The notes: a model not told the origin generated them from the sequence alone. A DNA stretch of 64,000 nucleotides from an uncultured Rhodobacterales bacterium (GCA_963999845.1 CAXEVV010000005.1:3835-67834); one strand, 5' to 3'. Shown: positions 41,635 to 51,243, numbered from the stretch's first letter. Numbers and translations are program-made.

Positions 41635-44523
41635 ATGTGTGCTGAAATACCAGACTACAAAGATACATTGAACCTGCCAAAAACAGAGTTTCCAATGAGA
41701 GCTGGGTTACCAAAACGGGAACCAGAGTGGCTTGAAAAATGGGAAAATATTAGAGTTTACGATACTTTACGAGAAAAAAAGAGTAGATCCTCTTTTATAT
41801 TGCATGACGGGCCTCCATACGCGAACGGCCATTTGCATATTGGCCACGCGCTCAATAAGATTCTCAAAGATATGGTCGTGCGTAGCCAGCAAATGATGGG
41901 CAAAGATGCAAGATATATTCCTGGATGGGACTGTCACGGATTGCCAATTGAGTGGAAAATTGAAGAACAATATAGAGCCAAAGGAAAAAACAAAGACGAT
42001 GTCCCCGTTATAGATTTCAGACAAGAATGCCGGAAATTTGCCGCCGGCTGGGTTGAGACGCAACGGGAGGAATTTAAAAGGCTAGGCGTTATGGGAAAGT
42101 GGGAAAATCCTTATCTTACGATGGATTTCCATGCAGAAAGAGTAATCGCGGAAGAGTTTATGAAGTTTCTGATGTCTGGAACACTATATCAAGGGTCGAA
42201 ACCTGTTATGTGGTCGCCCGTTGAAAAGACCGCATTAGCTGAAGCTGAGATAGAATATCATGATCATAAGTCACATACCATTTGGGTCGCCTTTAAAATA
42301 AAAAGTGCGTTGGAAAAAATTCAAAACGCCAGAGTAGTTATTTGGACAACTACGCCTTGGACTATTCCTTCAAATCGAGCGATCGCATTCAATCCAAAAA
42401 TTTCTTACGGTCTATACCGTGTTGATGAAACCCAAGAAGAAAGTTGGACAGAGAAAGATGATCTCTACATTTTGGCTGATAATTTAGCTGAGGAAACATT
42501 AGAAAAGGCTCGGGTTCTCAAACATACAAGAATGACCAAAGTTTCTAGTGCTGAACTGCAAGGCTGCATGTGTAAGCACCCCCTATCTGAATTAGACAAA
42601 TTTTGGACTTATGATGTGCCAATGATAGACGGTGACCATGTGACCGATGATGCTGGAACCGGTTTTGTGCATACAGCACCAAGTCATGGAGCAGACGACT
42701 ATGATTGTTTTTTAAAGAGAAATTGGCTTGACAGAATGACCCATAACGTGGGTGAGGATAGTGAGTTTTTGGAACATGTCCCGTTCTTCGCAGGGCTCAC
42801 AGTTTTTGACCGAAAAGGCAAAGAGGGGAAAGCAAACTCTGAAGTTATTAATAAACTTGTCGAGGCAGGTAATATAATTGCAAGAGGACGGTTGACGCAC
42901 AGCTACCCACATTCTTGGCGCTCAAAAGCACCAATAATTTTTAGAAATACTCCACAATGGTTCGCAGCTATCGATAAGAAGGTGGATGACAAATTTGATG
43001 AATATGGAGATACAATTAGACAACGAGCTCTGGAGTCCATCGATAAACTAGTTCAATGGACGCCAAAAAGTGGGCGTAACAGACTTTATTCGATGATTGA
43101 GGGACGGCCAGACTGGGTTTTGTCAAGGCAGCGTGCTTGGGGGGTACCTCTTACTTGCTTTACTAAAAAAGGTGCACAACCTACTGATGCCGATTTTTTA
43201 CTTCGGAATGAAAAAGTCAATAAACGCATTGTGGAGGCTTTTGAAAAAGAAGGCGCAGACGCTTGGTATGAAGATAATGCGAAAAAAAGGTTTTTAGAGG
43301 GATTAGAAAACCCTGATGACTACAATCAAGTTTTTGATATTTTAGATGTTTGGTTCGATAGTGGGTCAACACATGCATTTGTACTCAGAGACAGAGATGA
43401 TGGATCAGAGGACGGTTTTGCTGATCTTTATTTGGAAGGAACAGATCAACATAGAGGTTGGTTCCATTCTTCGATGCTCCAGTCATGTGGAACGAAAGGA
43501 CGCGCTCCATACCACGGTGTTTTAACTCATGGATTTACTTTGGATGAAAAAGGCATGAAAATGTCGAAATCTATAGGAAATACGATAGCTCCAGAACAAG
43601 TAATAAAGCAGTACGGAGCTGACATTCTCCGTTTGTGGGTTGCACAATCTGACTACACTGCAGATTTACGAATTGGACCAGAAATTTTAAAGGGAGTAGC
43701 AGATAGCTATCGAAGATTGAGAAACACAATGCGTTTTATGCTTGGCTCACTCTCTGATTACGATATATCTGATGAAACAAGTGCAGATGAAATGCCTGAA
43801 TTAGAGCGTTGGATATTGCATAGACTTTCTGAGTTAGACGAGAAAGTAAGAAACGGATACAGCTCATACGATTTTCAGGGTGTTTTCCAAGCGATCTTTA
43901 CATTTGCGACAGTAGATTTATCCTCCTTTTATTTTGATATCCGAAAAGACGTACTTTACTGTGACGGGAATACAACCGAGCGTAGATCAGCACGAACCGT
44001 GTTAAATTTGCTTTTCCATCGCCTTTCAACATGGTTGGCACCTATTTTAGTATTTACGATGGAAGAGGTGTGGCTTGAACGTAATCCGGATAAAGAAAGT
44101 TCGATTCATCTTCTGGACATCCCTAATACTCCATCTGAATGGCGAAACGATAAACTTGCAAAAAAATGGGCAATCGTAAGAAGCTATAGAAGACTGGTCA
44201 CCTCAGCCTTAGAATTACAGAGAGCTGATAAAGTAATCGGATCTAGTTTGGAAGCAGCTCCAATCATTCATATCACGGACAAAGATGCGCTTGAAATTCT
44301 AAAAACTGTGCCTTTTCAAGACATTTGTATAACATCAGACATAAAACTCACTGATACAAATCCCCCCAAAGGTGCATACATATCGGACGAAATTATTGGT
44401 GCTGCAGTAGATTTCAAAAAATCAGTTGGATCAAAATGCGAACGGTGCTGGAAAATTTTACCAGATGTCGGCACTTACAGACACCCAAGCACGTGCGAAA
44501 GATGTAGTTCAGCACTTCAATAA
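41635..44523 (+). CDS. ileS: isoleucine--tRNA ligase
   Basis: HIGH (PYANGHLHIGHALN), KMSKS (GMKMSKSIGN), and C-terminal zinc cysteines CERCW..CERC. Confidence 0.95.
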   Translation: MCAEIPDYKDTLNLPKTEFPMRAGLPKREPEWLEKWENIRVYDTLREKKSRSSFILHDGPPYANGHLHIGHALNKILKDMVVRSQQMMGKDARYIPGWDCHGLPIEWKIEEQYRAKGKNKDDVPVIDFRQECRKFAAGWVETQREEFKRLGVMGKWENPYLTMDFHAERVIAEEFMKFLMSGTLYQGSKPVMWSPVEKTALAEAEIEYHDHKSHTIWVAFKIKSALEKIQNARVVIWTTTPWTIPSNRAIAFNPKISYGLYRVDETQEESWTEKDDLYILADNLAEETLEKARVLKHTRMTKVSSAELQGCMCKHPLSELDKFWTYDVPMIDGDHVTDDAGTGFVHTAPSHGADDYDCFLKRNWLDRMTHNVGEDSEFLEHVPFFAGLTVFDRKGKEGKANSEVINKLVEAGNIIARGRLTHSYPHSWRSKAPIIFRNTPQWFAAIDKKVDDKFDEYGDTIRQRALESIDKLVQWTPKSGRNRLYSMIEGRPDWVLSRQRAWGVPLTCFTKKGAQPTDADFLLRNEKVNKRIVEAFEKEGADAWYEDNAKKRFLEGLENPDDYNQVFDILDVWFDSGSTHAFVLRDRDDGSEDGFADLYLEGTDQHRGWFHSSMLQSCGTKGRAPYHGVLTHGFTLDEKGMKMSKSIGNTIAPEQVIKQYGADILRLWVAQSDYTADLRIGPEILKGVADSYRRLRNTMRFMLGSLSDYDISDETSADEMPELERWILHRLSELDEKVRNGYSSYDFQGVFQAIFTFATVDLSSFYFDIRKDVLYCDGNTTERRSARTVLNLLFHRLSTWLAPILVFTMEEVWLERNPDKESSIHLLDIPNTPSEWRNDKLAKKWAIVRSYRRLVTSALELQRADKVIGSSLEAAPIIHITDKDALEILKTVPFQDICITSDIKLTDTNPPKGAYISDEIIGAAVDFKKSVGSKCERCWKILPDVGTYRHPSTCERCSSALQ

Positions 44524-44569
44524 TCTTTGGACGAGCCTAAATTACTAAGCTCCCTTTTTTCTATGTTTT

Positions 44570-45049
44570 TTAGTTATTATACCGCCTTAGCCCACCAAAA
44601 AAGCTGGTCATCATTTTGGCAACTTCATCTTCACAAATGCCAGGATATATTTCAGGTCGGTGATGTGTTTGGCTATGAGAAAAAATACATGCACCATTCT
44701 CGACGCCACCTGATTTTTTATCGCTAGCCCCATAGTACAAGCGGCGAATTCTAGAAGCCGCGATTAACGCGGCGCACATTGCGCAAGGTTCTAAAGTAAC
44801 ATACAAATCACAATCACTTAATCTCTCATTTCCCATAATTCGGCAAGCCTCTCGAATTACTAATACTTCTGCATGAGCAGAGGGGTCCTTGAGTTCTCTA
44901 GTTCTATTTCCAGACTTTGCCAAAATATCACCGTTGGGAGCTAGCAATACTGCTCCGACTGGGATTTCTCCTGAAACGCGTGCCACTTCAGCCTGCTCAA
45001 TGGCTAACTTCATAAAATGAGTGAAGCCGTTATTTTTTAAAGAGTCCAA
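44570..45049 (-). CDS. tadA: tRNA adenosine(34) deaminase
   Basis: HAEVLVIREA and PCAMCAALI zinc motifs. TTG start at 45049 preceded by AGGAAG-N6. Confidence 0.9.
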   Translation of the reverse strand: MDSLKNNGFTHFMKLAIEQAEVARVSGEIPVGAVLLAPNGDILAKSGNRTRELKDPSAHAEVLVIREACRIMGNERLSDCDLYVTLEPCAMCAALIAASRIRRLYYGASDKKSGGVENGACIFSHSQTHHRPEIYPGICEDEVAKMMTSFFGGLRRYNN

Positions 45050-45092
45050 TTGGTACTTCCTAAATTATTATTAATAACATAAACACTCGTTA

Positions 45093-45941
45093 ATGGAAGA
45101 CCAAGCTAACAAAGGCGAACGTATCGCAAAAATAATTGCTAGAGCTGGCTTGGCAAGTAGAAGAGAGTCTGAGAAATTAATTCTTGATGGAAAAGTTAAG
45201 GTCAACGGTAAGACTATAAGTAGTCCGGCCCTTAATCTATCCAGTGACGATGTGGTAGAGGTTGATGGTAAATTATTATCACCACCTGAAAAAACACGTA
45301 TTTGGATGTACCATAAGCCTGTTGGCCTAATCTCTACTTCGAAAGATGAAAAAAATCGTCCAACTATTTTTGATAAACTCCCAAGCGAAATGCCTAGAGT
45401 GTTATCAATCGGACGGCTAGATCTAAACTCTGAAGGACTATTACTGCTTACTAATGACGGAGAGCTAAAACGACGGCTTGAATTACCTTCAACTGGCTGG
45501 TTACGTAGTTATCGTGTGAGAGTAAAAGGCAGATTAAATGAAAATATGCTTGAACCCTTAAGACAAGGTATTTCCGTAGATGGTACACAATTTAAGCCAA
45601 TGCAAGTTTCATTTGACCGTCAAACAGGGGCAAACGCATGGCTAAGTATTGGACTCCGTGAGGGTAAAAATCGAGAAATCCGTAAAGCACTTAGTTTTCT
45701 GGGTCTATCCGTAAATCGGTTAATAAGAATAAGCTTTGGAGATTTTGAACTAGGCAAATTAAAAAAGGGTGAAATTGAAGAAGTGCGTTCAAGCAGATTA
45801 AAAACTCTATTCAAAAAAGAGGTGGATAATCGCAAAATGAAAGAAAACCAGAAAGGAAATTTTGGTGGAAAAAGAACAAAAAATAAGGATAAGGTTTCAA
45901 TCACTCGTAATGTTTCTAAGAACCGAAGGTTTAATCATTAA
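45093..45941 (+). CDS. RluB/RsuA-family 23S/16S rRNA pseudouridine synthase
   Basis: N-terminal S4 domain (ERIAKIIARAGLASRRESEKLI), catalytic GRLDLNSEGLLLLTNDG, and a Lys/Arg-rich tail. Confidence 0.85.
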   Translation: MEDQANKGERIAKIIARAGLASRRESEKLILDGKVKVNGKTISSPALNLSSDDVVEVDGKLLSPPEKTRIWMYHKPVGLISTSKDEKNRPTIFDKLPSEMPRVLSIGRLDLNSEGLLLLTNDGELKRRLELPSTGWLRSYRVRVKGRLNENMLEPLRQGISVDGTQFKPMQVSFDRQTGANAWLSIGLREGKNREIRKALSFLGLSVNRLIRISFGDFELGKLKKGEIEEVRSSRLKTLFKKEVDNRKMKENQKGNFGGKRTKNKDKVSITRNVSKNRRFNH

Positions 45942-45971
45942 TTAACGCACCAATACAAAGGGGCTTATCTG

Positions 45972-46040
45972 CAACATTTTTGATAGCTAGCGAAGGCCAA
46001 TAGAAAAAAATTATTTATTTTAAAAGTCAACATTTTTGAT
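45972..46040. repeat. 13-bp perfect direct repeat caacatttttgat (45972-45984 and 46028-46040)
   Basis: Read directly from the sequence. The two copies are 56 bp apart, and the second abuts the helicase stop codon (46044-46046). Confidence 0.6.
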
Positions 46041-46043
46041 TAG

Positions 46044-47534
46044 TTACTTTAGGTCTGAAGTGCTTAGAGAAACGCTCGGCTTCGACAATCGACTGCGTAT
46101 AACCCAATATAGTTTTTCCTGCGCACGTGTAATAGCGACGTATGCAAGCCTCTTCCAAAGTGGCAAATCTGACTCAACCCTATTAGTCTGGGCTGCAGCA
46201 TAGATGTCTGGTGCAAAGACTTGCACATTTTCCCACTGAGAACCTTGAGCTTTGTGAATTGTCACAGCAGAGCCATGCAGAAAAATAGCTCCCATTTTAG
46301 CTGCAAACGGAATAAATGGCTGACCTTCGTTCGGTAGTTCAATTTTTATTATTGACGCTGCCGAAAGTCTGGGAGATTCCGATCCAACCACAAAAAGTCT
46401 TGAGAAACCAGTCTTTTTACCAGGCCCTAGATAGATTACATTAGCCCCCTTGGTTAGACCCCTTGCTTCAAGGTCAATCCTTTTTTTTCTATGTTTTAGG
46501 GGTAATTCTAAGCCGTCGCAGATCAATGGTTCTCCCTCCAATAGTCTATCATTTGGAGCGTTATAGACAGCGCGGAAGGCATTTATTAACCTTATACGTG
46601 TAGCATTACGCCAAACCAAAACTGGACTTCTTGACATCAAATCTACATCCACCCTTTGAGCCCATACAATTCTATCATCTTCAGTTGAAATTTTTTTTAT
46701 TATCATCTCAAAATCTGTAAAATTTATTTCAGGATCTAACAAAACATTTGAAAGTTTTAAAATTGGGTTATCCGATTTTTGCCTGTGAATTTGTGATAAT
46801 ATTGATTTTTTGTCAGGGCTAAATTTATCGAAAACCATTTGTCCTGATTGACTTATTGGTGCGAGCTGGGCGGGGTCTCCAAATAATATTAAAGTTGAAA
46901 AAATCTCTTTTAAATCATTTAGTTGGTCATCATCAAGCATCGACGACTCATCAATAAATCCGATATCTAAAGGTTCCTCTCTCCGTTTCCAGCCACTGAT
47001 AAAATCAGATCCCTTTAAACCGGCTGCTGCAAGGGCTCCAGGAATAGACTTATTAGAACTATAAAACTCCCATGCCCGTTTCAATGAAATTTCTGATATA
47101 CCCTCTATACTGGGCTTTTCATCCCGCTCGCCAATAAGCCACTCCACTATTTTTTCATAATCTGGGTCATACACAGGCGTATATAGAATTCGATGGATAG
47201 TGGTCGCAGGTACACCTCTCATTCTCAATATATTTGCAGCCTTATTCGTCGGAGCTAAAACTGAAAGCGTACGTTTATTTTTATTTTTATTAACTTCAAA
47301 GTCACCAGATATAATTTCAACACCGACTTTAAGCATTTTTTCAGTTATACTACTTAATAAAGCAGTTTTCCCAGAGCCTGCTCTTCCTATCAGTGCATGC
47401 ACTGTTTTATTTTCAGCGATCTGGTTTGAGATTTTACCAGTGGTAAAATTTATTCCAGCCCGCTCCAAAATAATTGAGACGGTTTTAAAGGCTTGCTCTT
47501 GATCAAGCGATAGTGGAATAGAGTTACTGTCCAT
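46044..47534 (-). CDS. SF1B (RecD/Dda/Pif1-like) DNA helicase
   Basis: Motif I GRAGSGKT, Ia LAPTNKAANIL, II FIDESSML, III LFGDPAQLAPI, V TIHKAQGSQWENV and VI YVAITRAQEKLY are all intact. No nuclease domain recognised. Confidence 0.75.
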   Translation of the reverse strand: MDSNSIPLSLDQEQAFKTVSIILERAGINFTTGKISNQIAENKTVHALIGRAGSGKTALLSSITEKMLKVGVEIISGDFEVNKNKNKRTLSVLAPTNKAANILRMRGVPATTIHRILYTPVYDPDYEKIVEWLIGERDEKPSIEGISEISLKRAWEFYSSNKSIPGALAAAGLKGSDFISGWKRREEPLDIGFIDESSMLDDDQLNDLKEIFSTLILFGDPAQLAPISQSGQMVFDKFSPDKKSILSQIHRQKSDNPILKLSNVLLDPEINFTDFEMIIKKISTEDDRIVWAQRVDVDLMSRSPVLVWRNATRIRLINAFRAVYNAPNDRLLEGEPLICDGLELPLKHRKKRIDLEARGLTKGANVIYLGPGKKTGFSRLFVVGSESPRLSAASIIKIELPNEGQPFIPFAAKMGAIFLHGSAVTIHKAQGSQWENVQVFAPDIYAAAQTNRVESDLPLWKRLAYVAITRAQEKLYWVIRSRLSKPSVSLSTSDLK

Positions 47535-47535
47535 G

Positions 47536-47561
47536 CAGCTAGCATATATTAATGCTAGCTG
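47536..47561. promoter_or_regulatory. perfect 10-bp inverted repeat cagctagcat-N6-atgctagctg abutting the helicase start codon
   Basis: 47536-47545 and 47552-47561 are exact reverse complements. The element begins 2 nt upstream of the ATG (47532-47534, minus strand), where an SD would be expected. Confidence 0.4.
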
Positions 47562-47688
47562 TTCACCAGCTAAACATGGTCAATTAAAGTAGCTATAAGA
47601 TATTGACAGCAAACCGTCCCAACATTTGGGTTTGCTGTAAAAATACTGCAAGAACATCTACAAGTTAAGTCGACCCAACGTGGGTTAT

Positions 47689-48966
47689 TTATTTCAGTAC
47701 TTCTTCAAACGTTGATAATCCTACCCGTGGACTTTGCACTAAAACAGCCATATTGCCTGGCTTGTGTTCATTCTTCATCATTTTGGTGTGAGCCTGTGGT
47801 ATTTGATCCCACGGAAGAACTTCTGACATACATGGATTAAGGCGGCGTTCCACCATTAATCTATTTGCAGATGCTGCTTGCTTCAAATGAGCAAAGTGAC
47901 TTCCCTGGATGCGCTTTTGATGCATCCACAGGTACCTCACATCAAACGTACAATTGTACCCAGTTGTGCCTGCACAGATCACTACCATCCCGCCTTTTTT
48001 ACAAACAAATGTCGAAACAGGAATGGTTGCTTCCCCGGGATGTTCAAAAACTATATCGACATTATTACCTTTGCCAGTAAATTCCCAGATAGCCTTACCA
48101 AATTTACGAACTTCTTTAAACCAATCAGCATATTCTGGAGTATTTACGGTAGGCAGTTGCCCCCAACACGTAAAGTCATTTCTATTAATAACGCCTTTCG
48201 CTCCTAGCCCAAGGACAAAATCTCTCTTGCTCTCATCTGATATGACACCGATAGCATTTCCACCTGCCGCCTTAACCAGCTGAATGGCATAAGAGCCAAG
48301 TCCGCCAGATGCACCCCACACTAAAACATTTTGTCCCGGCTTTAATTCGTGTGGGTCATGTCCAAACAGCATTCTGTAAGCGGTTGCAAGGGTCAAAGTA
48401 TAGCAGGCACTTTCTTCCCAACTTAAATGACGAGGTCTTGGCAAAAGTTGTTGAGCTTGAACACTGGTAAATTGAGCAAAGGACCCATCTGGGGTTTCGT
48501 ATCCCCATATACGCTGACTTGTCGAGTACATTGGGTCTCCACCATTACATTCTTCATCATCGCCATCGTCTTGATTACAATGGATGACCACCTCATCACC
48601 AACCTTCCAATTTCGTACTTTATCACCTACTGCCCAAACAATGCCAGAGGCGTCTGACCCAGCAATGTGATAATCTGCTTTGTGGCCATCAAAAGGTGAA
48701 ATGGGAACACCCAGACCTGCCCAAACGCCGTTATAGTTAACACCGGCAGCCATTACCAATACCAATACTTCGTTACCCGACGGTAATGGTGTGTCTACAA
48801 TTTCTACTTGAAAGGCTTTCTCAGGTTCGCCATGTCTCTCTCTACGGATAGCCCATGCGTACATCTGCCTTGGCACATAGCCAAATGGTGGCATTTCGCC
48901 TAATTCATACAAGTCTTTTTCCGGCGCATCATAGGTTGGGTGTGCAACGTCAGCGTCTAAGGCCAT
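47689..48966 (-). CDS. ccr: crotonyl-CoA carboxylase/reductase
   Basis: KDLYELGEMPPFGYVPRQMYAWAIRRERHGEPEKAF.., HCNQDDGDDEECNGGDPMYS and QKRIQGSHFAHLKQA are characteristic Ccr segments. Start set at the ATG at 48966 (GGAG-N6); the track's 54-codon extension is rejected. Confidence 0.9.
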   Translation of the reverse strand: MALDADVAHPTYDAPEKDLYELGEMPPFGYVPRQMYAWAIRRERHGEPEKAFQVEIVDTPLPSGNEVLVLVMAAGVNYNGVWAGLGVPISPFDGHKADYHIAGSDASGIVWAVGDKVRNWKVGDEVVIHCNQDDGDDEECNGGDPMYSTSQRIWGYETPDGSFAQFTSVQAQQLLPRPRHLSWEESACYTLTLATAYRMLFGHDPHELKPGQNVLVWGASGGLGSYAIQLVKAAGGNAIGVISDESKRDFVLGLGAKGVINRNDFTCWGQLPTVNTPEYADWFKEVRKFGKAIWEFTGKGNNVDIVFEHPGEATIPVSTFVCKKGGMVVICAGTTGYNCTFDVRYLWMHQKRIQGSHFAHLKQAASANRLMVERRLNPCMSEVLPWDQIPQAHTKMMKNEHKPGNMAVLVQSPRVGLSTFEEVLK

Positions 48967-48990
48967 CACTATCTCCAAATTAATTTTGTA

Positions 48991-49194
48991 ATGATTGCCG
49001 CAACGCAGAATCATATGTCGCGAAATCATTATTATTCTAAGCGAAAGATTGCAACTTTTTTTATATCTAATTGGTAATTTTATTGCTTCTCTATAAAGAC
49101 GCCAGATATTGGAAACGGCAAATTTCACAAGTATGTGATTAGTATAAAAGCACTTATCATTAAAAAGTTATCATTACACTTTGCCGCGACGCAG
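48991..49194. promoter_or_regulatory. ccr/ecm divergent control region with repeated ttgccgc(a/g)acgcag motif
   Basis: ttgccgcaacgcag (48995-49008) is embedded in the inverted repeat atgatt..aatcat (48991-49014). ttgccgcgacgcag occurs at 49181-49194, a 13/14 match in the same orientation. Confidence 0.35.
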
Positions 49195-49275
49195 CGAATT
49201 GACTCAGACATTATATTTCATTATCACACCTCTGTATCTAAGATTATTTCGCGAAGAATACTTAAGGATTTTTAA

Positions 49276-51243
49276 ATGTCACAAACTAGCAAAGATCGCC
49301 CGTGGCTCATTAGAACTTACGCGGGACATTCGACGGCGGCTGCATCTAACAAGCTTTACAGATCTAATCTGGCTAAAGGACAAACCGGCCTTTCTGTTGC
49401 ATTCGATCTCCCAACCCAAACAGGATATGACAGTGACCACTTATTAGCTCGCGGTGAAGTTGGAAAAGTTGGCGTCCCTATCGGCCATTTGGGAGATATG
49501 AGAGCTTTATTTGACCAAATCCCTTTAGATCAAATGAACACTTCAATGACGATAAATGCTACTGCTCCGTGGTTGTTAGCTCTTTATATCGCTGTAGCGG
49601 AGGAACAAGGCGCAGAAGTAAAAAAATTACAAGGCACTGTGCAGAATGACATTATAAAAGAATACCTCAGTAGAGGAACGTACATTTGCCCACCTCAAGC
49701 TTCCCTTAAATTAATAGGTGATGTTGCCGAATACTGTTATTCAGAAGTTCCAAAATGGAACCCAATGAATGTGTGCTCGTATCATTTACAAGAAGCGGGA
49801 GCTACTCCAGAACAAGAACTTGCTTTCGCATTAGCAACAGCAACAGCTGTTTTGGATGAGTTGCGTCCAAGGGTTTCTGAAAAGGAATTTCCTATTCTAG
49901 TAGGCAGAATTTCATTTTTTGTAAATGCGGGCATACGATTTGTAACAGAAATGTGCAAAATGCGGGCATTTGTAGACCTGTGGGACGAAATCTGTATGAA
50001 AAGATACGGGGTTTCTGATCCAAAATATCGCCGCTTTAGATATGGAGTCCAAGTAAATTCGCTAGGATTGACGGAGCAACAACCTGAAAACAATGTTTAT
50101 CGCATTTTAATTGAGATGCTAGCTGTTACCCTGTCTAAGAAAGCTAGAGCGCGTGCTGTGCAGTTACCGGCTTGGAATGAAGCTTTGGGCTTACCTCGGC
50201 CATGGGATCAGCAGTGGTCAATGCGAATGCAACAAATTATGGCATACGAAACAGATTTACTCGAATATGACGATCTTTTTGAAAACAATCCCGCAGTAGA
50301 AAAGAAAGTAACCATTTTAAAAGATGGTGCTCGTCACGAATTAGCCAACCTCGACAGTATGGGAGGAGCAGTTCAAGCAATTGAGTATATGAAATCTCGA
50401 TTAGTAGACTCAAATGCAGATCGACTTAACAAAATTGAGACAAATGAAACTGTTGTTGTTGGTGTGAATAAATTTACAACTAGCGAAGATTCACCACTTA
50501 CCACTGGTGATAAAGGAATTATGATTGTTGATCCTGCGGTTGAGGCTGAACAGATTGGCAGGCTCAATGCATGGCGTAATCAGAGAGACCCTGAAGCTGT
50601 AAAAGTAGCGCTTGATAAACTTAGTGATGCTGCAAAGAATGGGGCAAATATTATGCCTGCTTCAGTAAACGCCGCTAAAGTGGGTGCTACAACTGGGGAA
50701 TGGGCCGAAATTATGAGATCCGTGTATGGCGAGTACCGCGGGCCTACTGGCCTGTCAAAATCTAAATCAAATAAAACTGAAGGATTAGATGAAATACGCT
50801 CATCTGTAGACATTGTTTCAGATAAACTGGGCCGTAGGCTAAAATTTTTAATGGGAAAACCAGGCCTCGATGGTCACTCAAATGGGGCAGAACAAATTGC
50901 TTTTCGTGCTCGAGATTGTGGTATGGAAATAGAATATCAAGGTATTCGGCTAACCCCTGAGCAATTGGTCGATGCAGTATTAGAAACACACCCGCATGTT
51001 ATAGGGTTATCAATCCTCTCAGGTAGTCACATACCACTTGTAAAAGAAACGTTGGAAAGATTGTCTGAGGCAAATTTAAGCCATATTCCACTGGTTGTGG
51101 GAGGAATAATACCAGACGAAGATGCTACTTCACTAAGAGCAATGGGTGTATCTAAAGTATACACTCCAAAGGACTTCGAGCTAAACTCAATAATGATGGA
51201 TATTGTAGAATTAGCAGATCCGCGAAAAGTGGCAGCAGAATAA
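49276..51243 (+). CDS. ecm: ethylmalonyl-CoA mutase (MeaA)
   Basis: 655 aa B12 mutase. N-terminus DRPWLIRTYAGHSTAAASNKLYR and C-terminal B12 domain with GLDGHSNGAEQ (DxHxxG). Divergent from ccr. Confidence 0.9.
   Translation: MSQTSKDRPWLIRTYAGHSTAAASNKLYRSNLAKGQTGLSVAFDLPTQTGYDSDHLLARGEVGKVGVPIGHLGDMRALFDQIPLDQMNTSMTINATAPWLLALYIAVAEEQGAEVKKLQGTVQNDIIKEYLSRGTYICPPQASLKLIGDVAEYCYSEVPKWNPMNVCSYHLQEAGATPEQELAFALATATAVLDELRPRVSEKEFPILVGRISFFVNAGIRFVTEMCKMRAFVDLWDEICMKRYGVSDPKYRRFRYGVQVNSLGLTEQQPENNVYRILIEMLAVTLSKKARARAVQLPAWNEALGLPRPWDQQWSMRMQQIMAYETDLLEYDDLFENNPAVEKKVTILKDGARHELANLDSMGGAVQAIEYMKSRLVDSNADRLNKIETNETVVVGVNKFTTSEDSPLTTGDKGIMIVDPAVEAEQIGRLNAWRNQRDPEAVKVALDKLSDAAKNGANIMPASVNAAKVGATTGEWAEIMRSVYGEYRGPTGLSKSKSNKTEGLDEIRSSVDIVSDKLGRRLKFLMGKPGLDGHSNGAEQIAFRARDCGMEIEYQGIRLTPEQLVDAVLETHPHVIGLSILSGSHIPLVKETLERLSEANLSHIPLVVGGIIPDEDATSLRAMGVSKVYTPKDFELNSIMMDIVELADPRKVAAE

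Noticed and set aside
46044-47534. Helicase as part of an anti-phage defence system
   Set aside because: It is a single gene with no associated nuclease, sensor, methylase or effector gene. Both neighbours are housekeeping or metabolic genes, and no integrase or att-like tRNA junction is present. It is kept only as a low-to-moderate accessory-gene lead.
48967-49128. 54-codon N-terminal extension of ccr in the ORF track (also proS 3098-3199, mgtE 23933-23995, pth 504-539)
   Set aside because: The extensions have non-protein-like sequence and no homology to the family N-termini. Internal ATGs with good SD spacing reproduce the canonical N-termini.
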